In this document: one piece after another, positions 1 through 14,220 of the stretch
Position numbering within the stretch: position 1 is the first letter of the stretch
How the letters are laid out: each line of letters opens with the position of its first letter
From: Eledone cirrhosa
Lineage: Eukaryota
DNA length: 64,000 bases
Assembly: GCA_964016885.1 (NCBI GenBank)
Contig: OZ024742.1
Coordinates: 315,270,001 to 315,334,000, forward strand
Direction: 5' to 3'
Notes under the pieces: model-generated
What the model was told of the DNA's origin: nothing
Databases searched by the model: none
What the model saw: only the letters and a program-made list of their open reading frames with translations
Made by a program: the position numbers and the translations under genes

Positions 1-270
1 CAACACACACACAAAAAAGATGGCGTAGGACAAAACAAAGGAGAGGCACAAAAAACAAAGAAAAGAATCCCCAGTCACTGAAGAGGTCACAGAATGTGTG
101 ACGAAAGAACTTTGACAATATATAAACAACCATCTGGTTGTGGAACCAACCAACCAACCGGAAATTTATAAATTCCTAAATTTATAAATTTATTATAATA
201 AATTGAAGTGAAATCAACTGGTGCGTGTATTTCTTATTGGCAACATGACCCTCCCAAAGTATAACAATAT
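1..270 (+). mobile_element. 3' tail (pseudo-LTR remnant) of a Penelope-like element, family X
   Basis: Close reverse-complement match at 24568-24930 and a diverged copy at 38480-38700; carries an HHR, then AATAAA, ending at a TA-rich tract; inverted copy of its end at about 325-351. Confidence 0.75.
74..116 (+). ncRNA. minimal type I hammerhead ribozyme
   Basis: gtca-CTGAAGA-g-gtcaca(gaatg)tgtgac-GAAA-gaac-TT-tgac: stem I gtca/tgac, stem II 6 bp, very short stem III. Confidence 0.8.
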
Positions 271-474
271 ATGTATATATACAGTTTTGCGAGGTTTTTG
301 ATATGAAATCGTGTGTCGAAACAAATATTGTTATACTTGGGGAGGGTCATATTTGTGTAATATTGCCAGAATTAATAACAGAACATACTCACTGTTTGGT
401 TGGTTTTAATTATTAATTTTTTTTTTTATCTTCTCGTGCAATGGCCATACTCGATAACGAGGGGGCAGCCATCA

Positions 475-600
<126 letters not shown>

Positions 601-1364
601 AAATGTAAACAGAAATAACAACACAATCGGTACAGTATATGGAAGGGATATATTAGGTTAACGATTGATATAACAGGAAGAGGGTCTTAACGTTTCGTAC
701 GCTAGTCCTTCAGTGTGTGCGTGTGTGTGTACACAGGCATGGCTGTATTGTTAAGATGTTCACTTCGCAACCGCAGCATATTGAACTTCCTGATTCGGAA
801 AATAGACATCGATAAAATAAGTATCAAGCTCTAAAATAAATCAAGTATTGGGGTTGACATGTTCTACTAAATCCCCTCAATGTGGTACCCCAGGGTAACC
901 ACGGTCGAATGACTGAAGACAGTAAAATATATAAGAACACAATAAAAGATATAAAAATACTATACAGACTCGTTGCATATCTTAATGATTTCATATCAAA
1001 CTATGTAGTTTTTGTTGCGAAAATTAAGTAAAGATATTCACACGCTATCATGAAAATACGTCATTACAAAGGACAAAAACAACAATCAGAACAACAATCA
1101 GAACATCGTTTTTAATGGAAAGACTATTGTTGAAGTGAATAAATTGCAGGAGTATAAGTTAAAAATGACAGCTATCCCAACGACATTTTAATATTCATGC
1201 GATCACCTCCCACAATAGCCATTCAATAGTGTGAGTAAATATACATGGAAACATCGCACTCAATATGTTTGAATATGTTTGAATTTTTAACAAGTAAATT
1301 TTCTTTGATGAAACATTTAAAATAGATACTTATAAAATTTCACTAATTCATCAGGGAATAGTTC

Positions 1365-1812
1365 TTCTTCTTCGCCCACTAATTCCTGAGAGGGGCATGG
1401 GGGTCAAAGTCTTCAAACCCTCCTTCCAATGGGTCCTGTCAGAAAAACCGTCTCCAACTTATCCGACTGGATCCCCAAGCGTGACCAGCCAAGCTCATGG
1501 ATGTTATCCAACCATCTTTCTCGGGGTCTACCCCTTGGTCTCCGGTTGCTTTTGCCTGTAAAATCTGCCCAGCGGTTCTTTCCTGAGACATCCTAACCAC
1601 ATACCCATAGTATCGGAGCTGTGATCTCTCAATTCGGCGGAGAAGTAGCGGCTCTACCCAGTGTGGCTTTCTGATCTCCGAATTACGCACTTTATCGAGT
1701 AACGTTACACCAAAGACCTTTCGAAGGAGCCCTATTTCGCCCGCTTATATTCGCGATCGTATTCTTTAGGTCAAGATTCATGACCATAGGTAAGGGTTGG
1801 CACGAAAAGGTT
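1365..1812 (-). mobile_element. RTE-clade LINE 3' fragment (RT C-terminal region), decayed
   Basis: Translation RNSEIRK..IERSQLRYYGYVVRMSQER..GRPRKRW-like motifs; (GAA)n-like tail near 1365. Confidence 0.75.
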
Positions 1813-2887
1813 CGCCAAAAAAAACAATATCGTGGAACTTCATCAGCCATCAACGTTAAGCCACTGATAAATCAGATTGTTTACAACATACTATGATAAT
1901 CGTCTGTGTGTAAACTGTCTCTATAAAGACCATGTATACACACTGAATTAATAATGGCAGTTGTCTCGGGGATTCGAAAATAACCGACTAATTAGAGAAT
2001 AAACATGATAGACATTGTACGAATATTAAACGTGATATTAATTACTTATCAGTAGTGGTGCATTATTATCGGTTTGAAGTTTATAATATTTGCCATTCAG
2101 GTGTTATAATAGCCACTGACATGACGATAAATGGTTTAATTATCAAAGTAGAAAACACTGCATACAATTCTTCAGAACCTCATAAAAATTTATCGAAACA
2201 GTAATGTCCAATATTAGGTATGACAGCAATAATTATCGGACTAAATAGGTGCATGATAAATGCAGATTTGTTCAATGAAATTGTTTCATAATTATGAAAT
2301 GTCATTCAATCATCAGAAATATATAATACGCTAGGCTATATGAGTTCAATCAATTTATTTTTCTTTACCATAAGCAGGTGGAATTTGATATGCTAAAACC
2401 ATTTGTAATTGTTGATTATTTTTTTTATTCGAATATCAGTACAAAAATATTGCTTCAAATATGTTAGTTATAAAAGAGATGATTTATATCCCGAAAAGGA
2501 AAGAACTGAGAAAGGGGACAATTATTTTTTTTTTGCACCAAAACAAAGATATCAGTCAGGAGATTGGCGCCTTTCATGGCTAGCATTTTGGGGCCTGCTC
2601 AAACATAGAAAACTGCTTGGAGAAGGTTGGTTAATATCTACCAAAATTGGAACCTTACAATTTCGAATCGAGGTTCTTAACTACTCGGTAATTTCTAAGC
2701 TTACAGCTTGTAATGAAACATTTGAATGTATCTTGTAAGGAAAGAACTGAAAAAATTGTAACCCTATTAAAATATAATGTTCGAAATTACTTCTCCGGAA
2801 TAAAGGTGCTATTAGTCAGGCTGAACTGCACTCACATGTCTTTTATTTGACGTATTCAAAGAATATGTTTGCTAATGGGCTGATATC

Positions 2888-3020
2888 AAGTTCCATTTAG
2901 AAAATTTCCTAACGCAGCATGTTTTGCAGTATTCTTGCTATCTTCTTTTACAGGGTAAGTCCTATTTGGAAAATGTCCTAACGCAGTATGTTTTGGAGTA
3001 TTCTTGCAATCTTCTTTTAC
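2888..3020. repeat. diverged direct repeat of about 68 bp x2
   Basis: aagttccatttagaaaatttcctaacgcagcatgttttgcagtattcttgc repeated with substitutions. Confidence 0.8.
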
Positions 3021-4237
3021 ATAAAAAGTTTGATTTTGCCCAAGGTACATTTTGCGTTTCATCCTTATAGATTCAATACAAATAAGTAGAATTTAAATAG
3101 TAAGATAGACTATTCCACAAATGTGTGCTTGTCGTACTTTGTGGAAGGGACGAAATATACACCTGTTGCAAACACCCTCTGCACGAACGACTAGGCATAT
3201 TATTCCCACATCTCCATTCTTTGAACGAGCTGCAGTTCTGAGTCAAACTGACTGAGATTTGACGCCTGGCATCTAAGATTTAGTCAGGCGCTCACCCTCC
3301 TCTACCAGTCAATGTGATCGGGTGATGATTTCACTCTGGCAGTGTATAGGCGTCTAGTGGTGGGGAAGCAACACGACGTTCTTGGGGTGAATTGGGGCCT
3401 CGACAAAAGTGAATTGAACGGTCCGTTCTGGAGGACTTGTGAATTTCCAGAGGTCTTTCGCCTTGCAGTGTTACCAGGGTGTGTTTCCAATGTGAGATAA
3501 ACGTTAGGTGTAAAGAAGTGCCGTCAGACGAGACTATAGGGGAAACCATGCTTTGTGTCATATAGTTACGGCCCTTAAGTTCTGAGTTAAAACCCCACCT
3601 TTCATCCTTACGTGGTCGATAAATAAAATACCAGTAACGAACTAAGGTCGATTTTATCGAATTTCCCCTTCCTGTCAAAATTGCTGGTATTGTGCCAAAA
3701 GTAGAAACAATTGTTATTGAGTACAGATAATGATGAATCGTTAGTGCACCGGATAAAATGTCTTCCACTATTTTGTTGTCTGAAGTCATTAAATTAAGTA
3801 CCAGTCAAACACTAAATTTAACAGTATTCAATAAACTATCCTTTTCCAATAATCTTGTGCTATAGTCGTGTGCTAACGTTAAAAATCGTTATTATTACTC
3901 TCATCATTGCGGTCTTAAGATGAGCCATTTTAATGTCTATGTTACTAATTATTTGGACAAAACGTAATCTAATCTTTTCGGAAAATCCTATCGCAGTAAT
4001 GGTGATAAATTTACAACCATTCTCGCCATCATACATCGGTCATCGAAAGAAGATGTTGGGCGAACTGATCCATTTTCTCTCTTGCATAGTATTACAAAAA
4101 TCGTTTGTTTTTCGTTTTTGTTTTTTTTCTTGTTTCTTGTTGGCCAACTGATATATACCAAAGTGAAGGTTGGTATACCTCCAAATATATTACAGTGAGA
4201 TTTGAGCTTTGATATTATTAGATCCAGTACAATAGGG

Positions 4238-4456
4238 TGGTGGATTGGCAGTATCGGTAGAGGGTTGGACGCCATGCTTTGCAGCATAGAGTTACGGCTC
4301 TTTATGATCTGAGCTCAAATCCCGCCGAGGTTAACTTTGCCCTTCTTCCTTATGAGGTCGATAAAATAAAGTACCAGTCACGCACTGGATCGATTTAATC
4401 GACTTTCCCCTCCCCCCATATTACTGGCCTTGTGTGTATACAAGAAACCATTATTA
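4238..4456 (+). mobile_element. tRNA-derived SINE (dominant family in the window; Nin/Deu-like central domain)
   Basis: A-box-like TGGCAGTATCGG, B-box-like (GTTC)AAATCC, central gccgaggttaactttgcctttcatcc..gtcgataaa..gtaccag; many related copies, e.g. about 3545-3715, 7060-7160(-), 8550-8720, 9270-9365, 11770-12050, 14500-15070, 43600-43760. Confidence 0.85.
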
Positions 4457-4799
4457 GAGCCAGTACAAATTGTTTGTATGTTATTCATAGTTTTTTGTGG
4501 GTTTATTCAGCGATACAGGACTAAATGGAAAGCTTTCTTGTAATCAATATCGCGTTATCCAGCAGAAACTTTAAATAAACATCTGGTTGTTCCGTATGAC
4601 ATAAACAAACATTTTTGTTCTACAGGGATTAAATCATTTTTCCTTGAGAGTTCATGTATCCTAGTGAATAATACTTGGGAGCGTAATACATTACTTATTA
4701 GAATACAAATGATGGGCCCCTAGCTCGTGCCATCAGCTTTGCTTTGATTTTCTTTACGTCTATTGTCTATGAATTGCCTGATCGCTATTATTACTCTTA

Positions 4800-5030
4800 G
4801 TAAATAGCGGCTCGGAGGGGCACCAGTAAAGAATAATCAGACTCAGACTCAGAAGCTCCCGCGTCTTGCGACGCATGAGGCAATCATAGTGTTCCATTGC
4901 GTTCGGTCAGCAGCCAGTTGCACAGCGTCCCGCCATTGTCTGTTTGTCGCTCGCAGGTCCCTCTCAACTGTCTGGCGTCAGTTCATTTTGGGTCGCCCTC
5001 TCCGTCTGCTTCCCTGTGGGCTCCATTTAA
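4800..5030 (-). mobile_element. RTE-clade LINE 3' end fragment
   Basis: Minus-strand translation WSPQGSRRRGRPKMN*RQTVERDL, typical of the RTE RT C-terminus. Confidence 0.7.
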
Positions 5031-8000
5031 TAATGGTTTCTTCTAATTAATTACATCATTTTACATTCCTAAGTTTAGGCAAACAAATTTCAGATACACA
5101 AAAATATGCTCGCATTCTTAGTATAGTGCTATCTCAATACACCACCATTCTAGACCTCATCTAACAGAAAATCATATGGCTGGCTCCGAACTACAAGCAA
5201 GTACTTATATATGCACTAGATATAAGAAGAGGCTGCTATATTTTTAATAGCGAAGATTAAGTTATATAAACAAAAATAATGAAAAAAGGGGAAAGAGAGA
5301 GTGACAGACTAAACTCCAGTCTAGCCAGTATATCTTGGAGACCCAGGTCACAAACGCTCTCGATGGCAACCGGCCCGGCTTGAAATGGAATAAGTCGATC
5401 TATTCCTGGCATTTGGCTATCATTCGGTCCTTTTCGTTACGAGCAGCAGTGCCCGAATTTGTAGCCGAAACAACAAAAATAGAGGAGAAAACGTATTGTA
5501 TCAATAGATCAGTCTCTCTTTGTGACTGCTACTGAAACATCTACTATTAATCTAGGGCCATCCAAACGTTACCTGTGCCATCGTATTACCATGAAAAAAG
5601 AAACGCCATCTTTGAGTCCCCTTTTTTCCATTACAATTGTAGCGAGTTTACTTACGTTATTATTCCTTCCTTCCGTCCAAGATGACAGCTGACATCTCTC
5701 ACCCACAATCACCTCTTCATAATGCCTGGAATTTGGCAAAATGAAACCGAATACTCATTCTTCGGTAATTCGACAGCCCTTCCTTAATGCATTTGCGCAG
5801 AAGGTTGAAGTCTATGTCCTGGAGTTATGTATAATGTTAATCATACTGCATTGCATGTTTCATTTATCTGTCTTGGCTCGTTTGAGTAGGATTTTTAATG
5901 TATTTATATTTAAATAATTACCATTGTTTTCACATGATTTAATTCTCTTAATACTCACTCCTCTTCCACATACAAACTGGTGTGAGTGATACCCAGTTGT
6001 GTTGCTTTTAGAATCAAATTCTGGGTCATACATCTAGCAAATGTCATGATGTATACTAAAACATAAGTATACCAAAACCCAAATATACATCGCTCATATA
6101 AGTATTTTGTGGCAAAGGAAATCTAAAGTTCAAAGTAATTATTAATCTTACCCCGTACTGCCGAGCCCCTCTGCAAGATTTGAACGTCAGCAACCCGTCT
6201 GAGGAAGGAGCCCCGCGGGGATGCTTTTGTGGTCTTGTATGTGGAGTGCATCCCCTAGAGCCCACCTTATCCCCTTCCCCCTCCTCATTCTTCTGTGACC
6301 CTTGCCTTTTCCTTCCTTTTTCATAACCACGAAAGATACTTGCATGATTTTACAATAAAACATTTAATTATTTACTTTTAAAACAAACTTACACTATATG
6401 ACAACAGGTCGCTATCATGGACTAAGTTTGAACTGCATCCAAAATATAGGGAATTTTTGTCTAAGAAAAAGATTGTCTGACTCATTGCCGAGTTATATCT
6501 TTTCTCTGTATACACACTTAATAATTTTTATTGCCAGTACAATAGTAGGCGTGCGAACCTCTAAAATCCCAAACGGGGAGCACCATGAAAAAAGTACCCC
6601 CAAAGCGGGGAGAAATGAGGCAAAGTGGGGGGATTTTATATAATGAAAACTATGCCCATTTTCACAAGAGAAGATATATCTTACCCATCCCAAAGTGGGT
6701 GGAAGATCTCCCCGTCGGACGGGGAGAGTTGACAGGTCTGCAATAGTATCTGTATATTTATAGTTTCATCTAGGATATTTAGTCTAGAAGGACATCAGAT
6801 TTATTTATGACATTTTTTTAAACACATGAATAAAATTCTGATGATGTTTATGTATGTATAGACCTGGAACTCTTAGTGGAGACGTAGGGGTTTTATCGTG
6901 ATTCACGGTATGTTTGAGGCATATTAAACCTGGCAGCACCCATCTCTCCAGCTCCGAAAACAACCGATTTCTTAGAGGAAAGGACGAAAAGAGGGAGACA
7001 GAAAGTGGGGAAGAGATATAGAGAAAAATCGCAACTCTAGACTCAACCGATACTTTTTTAGTAACATTGAAAGGATGGATGAAAGACAAATTTGACCTCG
7101 GCGGGATTTGAACTCAGGGAGTACTAAGAGCCTGAACTAATAGCACAAATCATTCTATCCAACATTTTCACTTCACTAATGATGTTTACTGTGCCAAATA
7201 ATACTTTGTTTCATAGTGATGTTAGTATAAACTTGTTACACAGTCAAATATGTGGATTTAAGTCTTGTTTTATTTAGTCCGACTTCACACACTAATTTGG
7301 AGTTTTTCTGAGTTTTCTGTTCCACGATATTACCATATAAACCTATTTTAACATATTTATGTTTTCTCTCCCGTTTAAGTGGTTTATTTATATTTACTGC
7401 AATTGAAAAAACATAAACAATTTTTTCTTTAGTATTTATTAATAAACGTTAGATGATTTACTGCTACGTATCATGATTCAATATGTATAATTTGGTTTTT
7501 TTCACAGATGGTTTGTGCTCTGCATTTGATTGTTATTGTGTTATGTTTTCCCGTGTCGCAGTACTGGCATTTTTCCAGTGTATATAGTTATTAATACAGA
7601 TGTCCTGTCGATATATTCAGTGTTTGCTGAGACCAGGTAACTTGTTAGCCAACAAAGAAGTCACTACACGGTCATTCAACCTACTAGAAATAGAATAAGA
7701 TGTCTACTCAATCATAACTGACATCACACTAAACAATAACACAAGCCAGGTATCATGTGGCATTGAATCGGATTCAATGTGCAGCGTTTCATATTGTGCA
7801 TTGTCTGTTGATTTCCTTTTTAATATATATATATACATATATATATATACTATTTCGCCGTTGGCAAACACCGTTCTTGTTCTATTATCTGTAGTCTTTT
7901 AGCTTCGAGTGTCATCACTCTTCGCATTATTGTTGGTATGTGACGCTCATTCAATTTTTTTCCTTTCATTCTATATTTCACTTCTCATCAATATCTTCAG

Positions 8001-8134
8001 ATTCACTCTATGTAATGAGAATCAAATATCTGTGCGTATATTCTACTTCTATTCCGTTTGCTGGTTCGTTTTGTATTTCCTTGTATAGCAGTGTGCTTTT
8101 TTGTTTCGTGACATATCTTGTGCCCTTGTAATAC

Positions 8135-8460
8135 TACATGTAACTGGCCCTCAGTCTGTTACGACGACGAGTGTTGCAGTTGGCAGGATCAACGGTACAG
8201 CGTGTCCGTGAAATTAACAGGCAAGTGGTTGAGCATTCCACAAACACGGGTACACTTAACGTAGTTCTGTGAGAGATTCAGCACGACATGTTACAAGGCT
8301 GGCCCTTCCTATTACAGGTAGTACTCATTTTTTGCCAGCTGAGGGGACTGGAATAACGTGAAATAAAGAACTTTGCTCAAGGACAGAACGCGCTGCCAGA
8401 TATCGAACGCATAACCTTTCGATCGTGCACCAAATATAATAGCAACCAAGCCACATGCGC
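8135..8460 (-). mobile_element. second tRNA-derived SINE family
   Basis: Minus strand: gtggcttggtt..gttcgatatc..gtccttgagcaaag core; related plus-strand copy at 10766-11020. Confidence 0.7.
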
Positions 8461-10069
8461 CTTCTCGAGCTACAAGAATAATTATGATATTACTACCATT
8501 AGTTTTGGTGATGATATTATAATTATTTTATTATTAATATTACCTGTCGGCATAGAGTTACGACCCTTTACGTTCTGAGTTCAAATTCCGCCGAGGTTAG
8601 CTTTGCCTTTCTTCCGTGCGGGGTCGATAAAATATGTAGTTTTACACTGGGGCAGATTTAATCGACTTTCCCCTTCTGCTAAAATGTTTAGCCTTGTGCC
8701 TAAACCAGAAACCAATATTGCCTATCGTTATTCATTGTTCAAGTGTTCATTCAGTGTTATTTTCCCTGACACTGTCTGGTATATAGAACTTCTAGCGATA
8801 GTCCAGCCTATCAAATTGTCTTGTCTTGACGTATTTCATTGTATTTTCAATTATTCACTTTATGAGAAAATATTACCGAAAGTTTCACTCTTGAAAAAGT
8901 GCTGATGGCCAAGTTATAGGCACAAAAGCAAATGGCTGTCGTTTTGTATTATCTTGCATGTGAATGCAATGTGTTTGAATGGTTAAGAAGTTCGGGGCAT
9001 CTTGGGCAAGGGTTGTTTATGTTAGTTGCTGGTAACCCCAAGCCTTGTGAGTTAAATTAGGTAAATATAAACTCTTTCGAAGCTCATCGAATGGTTTGCG
9101 TATGTAAATCAAAAAGATAGCTTTGTCCTAAGCTGAATCTCCCTGGGGATTCCCTTTCTCGATTATTCAGCCACTTGCTCGATCAACTAGAACACACGTT
9201 GTCGAAATCGGCAGGGGTATATTGATATCCCGTAATACATTTACTAAGAATGCTTTTATGGTATTCGTTCCGGCTCACAGCTCTCGGAGTTCAAATCCCG
9301 CTGAGGTCAACTTTGCTTTTCATTCTTTCGAGGTCGATAAAAAAAGTACCAGTCTAGTACTGGGGTGGATTCTTCCTCAATATCTCTTTCCCATTTCCTC
9401 TCTCTCACTTTATATCTTTCGCTTTAAATGCCCAAGAAACGTTGTATGTCAATACGGCGCCCCTAGGACTTCCCCAGGAGTTACAGGACCATACCAATAC
9501 ATTTACTTGGTTGTTTTCATGCTCAGGACACTTTGCTCTAAATGACACAGCTTAACTCACTATATATGAGTGACTCATTGTGCTTCAGAATTTTGTTTAT
9601 TATTTATTTCGCTGTTTCAGTCGTGTTGTTTTTGACATCTATTTCCGGGTCATGTTCAGTGTTTTTAACATCACTTCCTTATATAAAGAAATAGTTTCTT
9701 GCATTACCCATTTATACAATTTACCATTCATACAGTTTCCTATTAAATATATTTTTTAGAAATAAATCATTTCTTGGGATTTGTTTTTTTGTTTTTTTCT
9801 ATCTTTATATAAAATACTTATATAGACTCAATTCTGTTATAGCGTATTTATATTTTGTATGTTTATTATCGTGAGGAGGGTAATTTATTTAGTTTTAAAT
9901 TCTATAATACTGAAATTGTTGTTACACAACATATATGCTTGTTTATATTATGTTCTAATTACTGAAATAATTTCCTAACACTAGTCTAATTTAAATATTA
10001 TTTCACACGCCCGTATAAAGACGCATACAGACGCGCATATGGGAAACAGTTCTCTTAGAAGAATCTTCT

Positions 10070-10635
10070 CTTGGCAGAATTGGTAGAGCATCGAACACCA
10101 TGCTTCGTGGCATAATTACGTCTCTTTATGTTCTGAGTTCAAATCCCGCCGAGGTTAGCTTTGCCTTTCATTTTACGGGTAGATAACATAAAGTACCAGT
10201 CACACATTGGAGTCGATTTAATTGACTTTCCCCTCCCCCAAAATTGCTGGCATTATTAATGGTAAAGGGGTATTGGCAGTATCGGTAGAGTGTCGGACGC
10301 CATGCTTTCCAGCATAGTTACGTCCCTTTACGGTCTGAGTTCAAATCCCGCCGAGGTCAACTTTGCCTTTCATCCTTACGGGGTCGATAAAATAAAGTAC
10401 CAGTAATGCACTTGGTAATTGCTGGCCTTGTGTCTAAAGTAGAAACAATTATTAATGCGGTATTTCGTAGTAACTGTCTGCGTTCTGAGTTCAAATCCCG
10501 CTGATGTCAAATTTGCTATTTAGCCTTTCAAGGCGATGATAAAATAAGATAACAACCTACTGGGTAGATTTATTTGACTTTTGCTCTCCCCACTCCCAAT
10601 TGCTGCCTTGGGTATGTTAGAAACAATTATTAATG
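10070..10635 (+). mobile_element. three tandem copies of the dominant tRNA-SINE
   Basis: Three ctgagttcaaatcccgc motifs at about 10133, 10335 and 10485, each with the central domain. Confidence 0.85.
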
Positions 10636-10765
10636 ACAGTGCTATTTTAAAGTTTTATCTTTTGGGTGATGTACGTATACGTTTGTAATCTACATAAGTT
10701 TTGTTTTATTGGAGACTTTTAGCTCTTTGTTTCTGGTTCAAATTTAGTGTTTCTTCTAATTTACG

Positions 10766-11020
10766 GAGGCGTGTGGCCTAGTAGTAAGGGTGTTGGACTT
10801 ACGATCATAATGTTGTGGGTTCGATTCCTCGGCTGGGTTGCGTGTTGTGCTTTTGAGCAAAACACTTCATTTCAAGTTGTATACTCAGCTGAAAATTTAA
10901 CTGGGAGTTTAATCCGGCGATGGACTGGCGTTCTCTCCAGGTTTACGTCTTATATTCTTAGTCGCTTCACGCTATGAAACCAGGATAAGCACCGGCCTAA
11001 TGAACTTTCTGGCTTAAGAC
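10766..11020 (+). mobile_element. tRNA-derived SINE (second family)
   Basis: ggaggcgtgtggcctagtagtaagg (A box) .. gggttcgattcc (B box) .. ttgagcaaaacactt. Confidence 0.8.
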
Positions 11021-13785
11021 AGACTTTCTTAGACTTTCTAATTTCTAGTGTATGTGCTGTTAGCTTTATGTTATTTGTTATCTGGTGGCTGTGTATTGTA
11101 TGGGCCATGTGACTGATGTTATGTGTTTCAGTGTCGAACAGGACTGTACAGAGTACGCGGGGTTTGGTTCGTGTGCGATGTAATTGTGTGAAATGTTGGT
11201 ATTCTAGTGCAGATTATAAGTTATATAAGAGTGTGTATACCATGTTATGTTATAACGTGTTGGACGTGTAGGATATGTTGTATGAGTTGTGTTATTTTAT
11301 TGAGTGATTCTTGTATAGGATAGGTATTGTGTGCATAGAGTGTGTTGTTCATGCTGTGCTTAGTCAATTGCAATTATATTTTGTTTCGTGTCTCTGTACT
11401 TCGTAGGCTATTCTGGATTGTTCAATGTTGGGTCTTATTATGTCTTCTATGTTTTTGTTCGTATTTTTCTCACACCGAATACCAAAATTACTATTGTTTT
11501 TTGTCCTGTTAACCTCATCTCACATATCCTTTTTATTTCTATTTCAAATTTCTTGTATTTCAACAGTTTCTCTACCTCCTTTCACGCCATGTGCTAGTCA
11601 GAAGAGATTGAAGTGTCTATCAATATACAGGTAATGTCTTACCTTTCTGGACTTTCTCACCTCATCAGTTGAGACAAATAGGTCCCAGATAATTGTAACA
11701 AAAGTCGTTGCCCTTCACTGGGCTTGGTACATATTTAGTTCATGTTTAGGTATTTCTCTCAATTCAGTACTCTCCGAGTTCAAATCTAGTCGAGGTCAAC
11801 TTTGCTTTTCATCCTTTCGGAGTCAAGAAAATAAATGCTAGTTAAGTACTGAGGTTAAGTTACTCATCATTACTCCCTGACAAAAATATGTGACCTTATT
11901 CCAAAGATAAAAATATTATTACTGAGATCACTGAATGACAGGATCAGTAGAGTGCCGGACAAAATATTTTGCAGCATCTAATTACATCTCTACCTTCTGA
12001 GTTTGGTGTCAACTTTGCCTTTATCCTTGCGTTGTCGAATAAATAAATACAAATCATGTTCGGGTGCGTGTGTGTGTGTATGTGTGATTGATGATATGCA
12101 TTTAGAAAATGCGTGGGCTTCAGCTTCTGTTAGAAACAAATATTATTGTGGGCGGGACTAATGTTAGAAGGGAGCGGAAATTCCACTCTTGCTAATATAG
12201 ATAAACAGTTTCGGCTATCGAGAGATAGTATTTGTTTCTCCCTTTTCATCGCCTTTGAGGGAAAAAAAAACAAGAATATTAGAGTTTTATATTTATTACT
12301 CTTTTAAAATACCTGACATCATACCTATGAAACATTAATCTGAAGAAAGAAAAGTGATGAAAATGGTCGCTCACTGACCTAGATTTGTATTTTGCTTGTT
12401 TTTTTTTTGTTGTTTTTTTTGTTATTCTTTTGATAGGAACTGAAGGGCAGTGCCTATGACCTTTTTCAGGGTCTCTGAGGCTTATGGTAGAGATGGAGGA
12501 AGGTATCCTCTAAACGGAAACATGGTCCGAATGCTTGCAATAGAGTGGAGACCGCAAATTGCACCGAGGACCCATGTGATGGAAGTGTCAAACCAGTCGA
12601 CAGATTAAGTCAACCACGAAAAAATTTTATAAATATCATTATCTCGATTTCGACTTTGTCTTACGACCTTGTCTATTCATTTTTACTACAACGCTTAAAT
12701 AAAGAAGTAGCAGTACCATAACATGAATTAATTATTCAATCGAATATACTCCCAACATCTTCACAGACATTTCCTGTCAGCTGTAAACAAACGATACAGT
12801 TTGGGAAAATGGGCGGAGATTATGAAGGAAACCCGTTCCGAATTAAAAGAAAAAAATACGAACGTTGAAAGTTTCTGTTGAGTTACATCCCAACAAATGT
12901 ACATCAATGAATATAATCGCAATTACACATGCATATATAAACGCGAACACACAAACACACCACACGCATACGGAGATGTAGTACGCGCGCCAACGGGCAC
13001 GCTATCACACATGTGCACACAGACACACGTGCACGTGACTGTCGCTCTATAACGCTGGATGCTACTCTATTGAATATAGCGCTACAGAGAACAGCCGCCT
13101 GTTATGATTACATAACTCTACTTGTACTACATTATTATCTTCACAAATGATATGGTACCTTCTCTGATTAACAGAATTAGGTTACCACATTCCCACCTTT
13201 CAAATACAAAAAATAATCATCGTACTGGACATAGTAGTAGTAGTAGTAGTAGCTATAGATGCTACTGCTAAGAACTTACTATGATATCAACAACGAAAAC
13301 TACGAACGTTTAACTATTGCACCAGTTAAAGAAAGCTACTACAACTTACAGTAGAGTTAGCAATAATAGTATTAGTAATGGTAGTGGCAGTGGTGATGAT
13401 GATGGTAGTGGTGAGGTGGGTGTTGGTGGAGAGCGGCTGTATGTAATAGAAGCTTGTATTACAATTACCTCCAGCAAGAATACTAGAATGATTTTTCCTC
13501 GCAATCAGTCTGAATACGTATAATATTAAATGCAATCTTCGTTCCGAGTTCAAATTCGAGCAGAGCCTAAAAATCAATCAAATTCCTATGAACCAGAGTA
13601 AATTCACTCAACTGTATCGTCTCCCCTACAAGTAAGTGACCTTGGGTCAATATCTTTCATAAAGTAACTCTATATACTAAAGGTCAAAAAGTAAGCTCCA
13701 CATGAGGCGAGACGATATCGGGGTTTCGGTTCCAATTTGATTTCTCTTCATCTAAAATAGAAATTCATTATATCTATTCAAATAA

Positions 13786-14220
13786 TAATAATTGTTTCTA
13801 CTAAAGGCACAAGGCCAGCAATTTGAAAGGGAGGGAAAAGTCGATTAAATTGACTCCAGTGCATTATTTTATCGACCCGGTAAGGATGAAAAGCAAAGCT
13901 AACCTCGGCGGGATTTGAACTCAGAACTTAAAGGGGCGTAACTAAATACTGCAAAATATTTTGTCCGGCGCTCTACCGATACTACCAATCCACCGCTCTA
14001 AAAATGGTTTCTGATTTAGGCACAAGTCCAGCAATGTTTTAGCGGAGAGGAGAGTCGATCATATCGAGCCCAGCGCATTGCTGATATTTTATTTTATCGA
14101 CCCCCGTAAGGATGAAAGGCAAAGCTAACTTCGGCGGGGTCGGAAATCAAAACGTAAAGGGTCATAACTCTATGCTGCGAAGCATGTTATCCCGTCTCTA
14201 TCGATTCTGCCAATCCACTG
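13786..14220 (-). mobile_element. two tandem copies of the dominant tRNA-SINE
   Basis: Reverse complements of the SINE consensus (cctcggcgggatttgaactcag..ctctaccgatactaccaatcc). Confidence 0.85.

Noticed and set aside
687-713. Hammerhead-like CTGAAGG..GAAACGTT on minus strand
   Set aside because: A9 is missing and stems I/II do not pair; at best a decayed relic.
3337-3360. miR-34-like seed TGGCAGTGT
   Set aside because: The remainder does not match miR-34 and no precursor hairpin was seen.
6150-6266. GC-rich structured island (ggggatgc/gcatcccc hairpin, CTGAGGA)
   Set aside because: No GAAA/UH partner or full HDV-like fold could be assigned.
10766-10850. Functional tRNA gene
   Set aside because: No acceptor-stem closure, and it continues into a SINE body.
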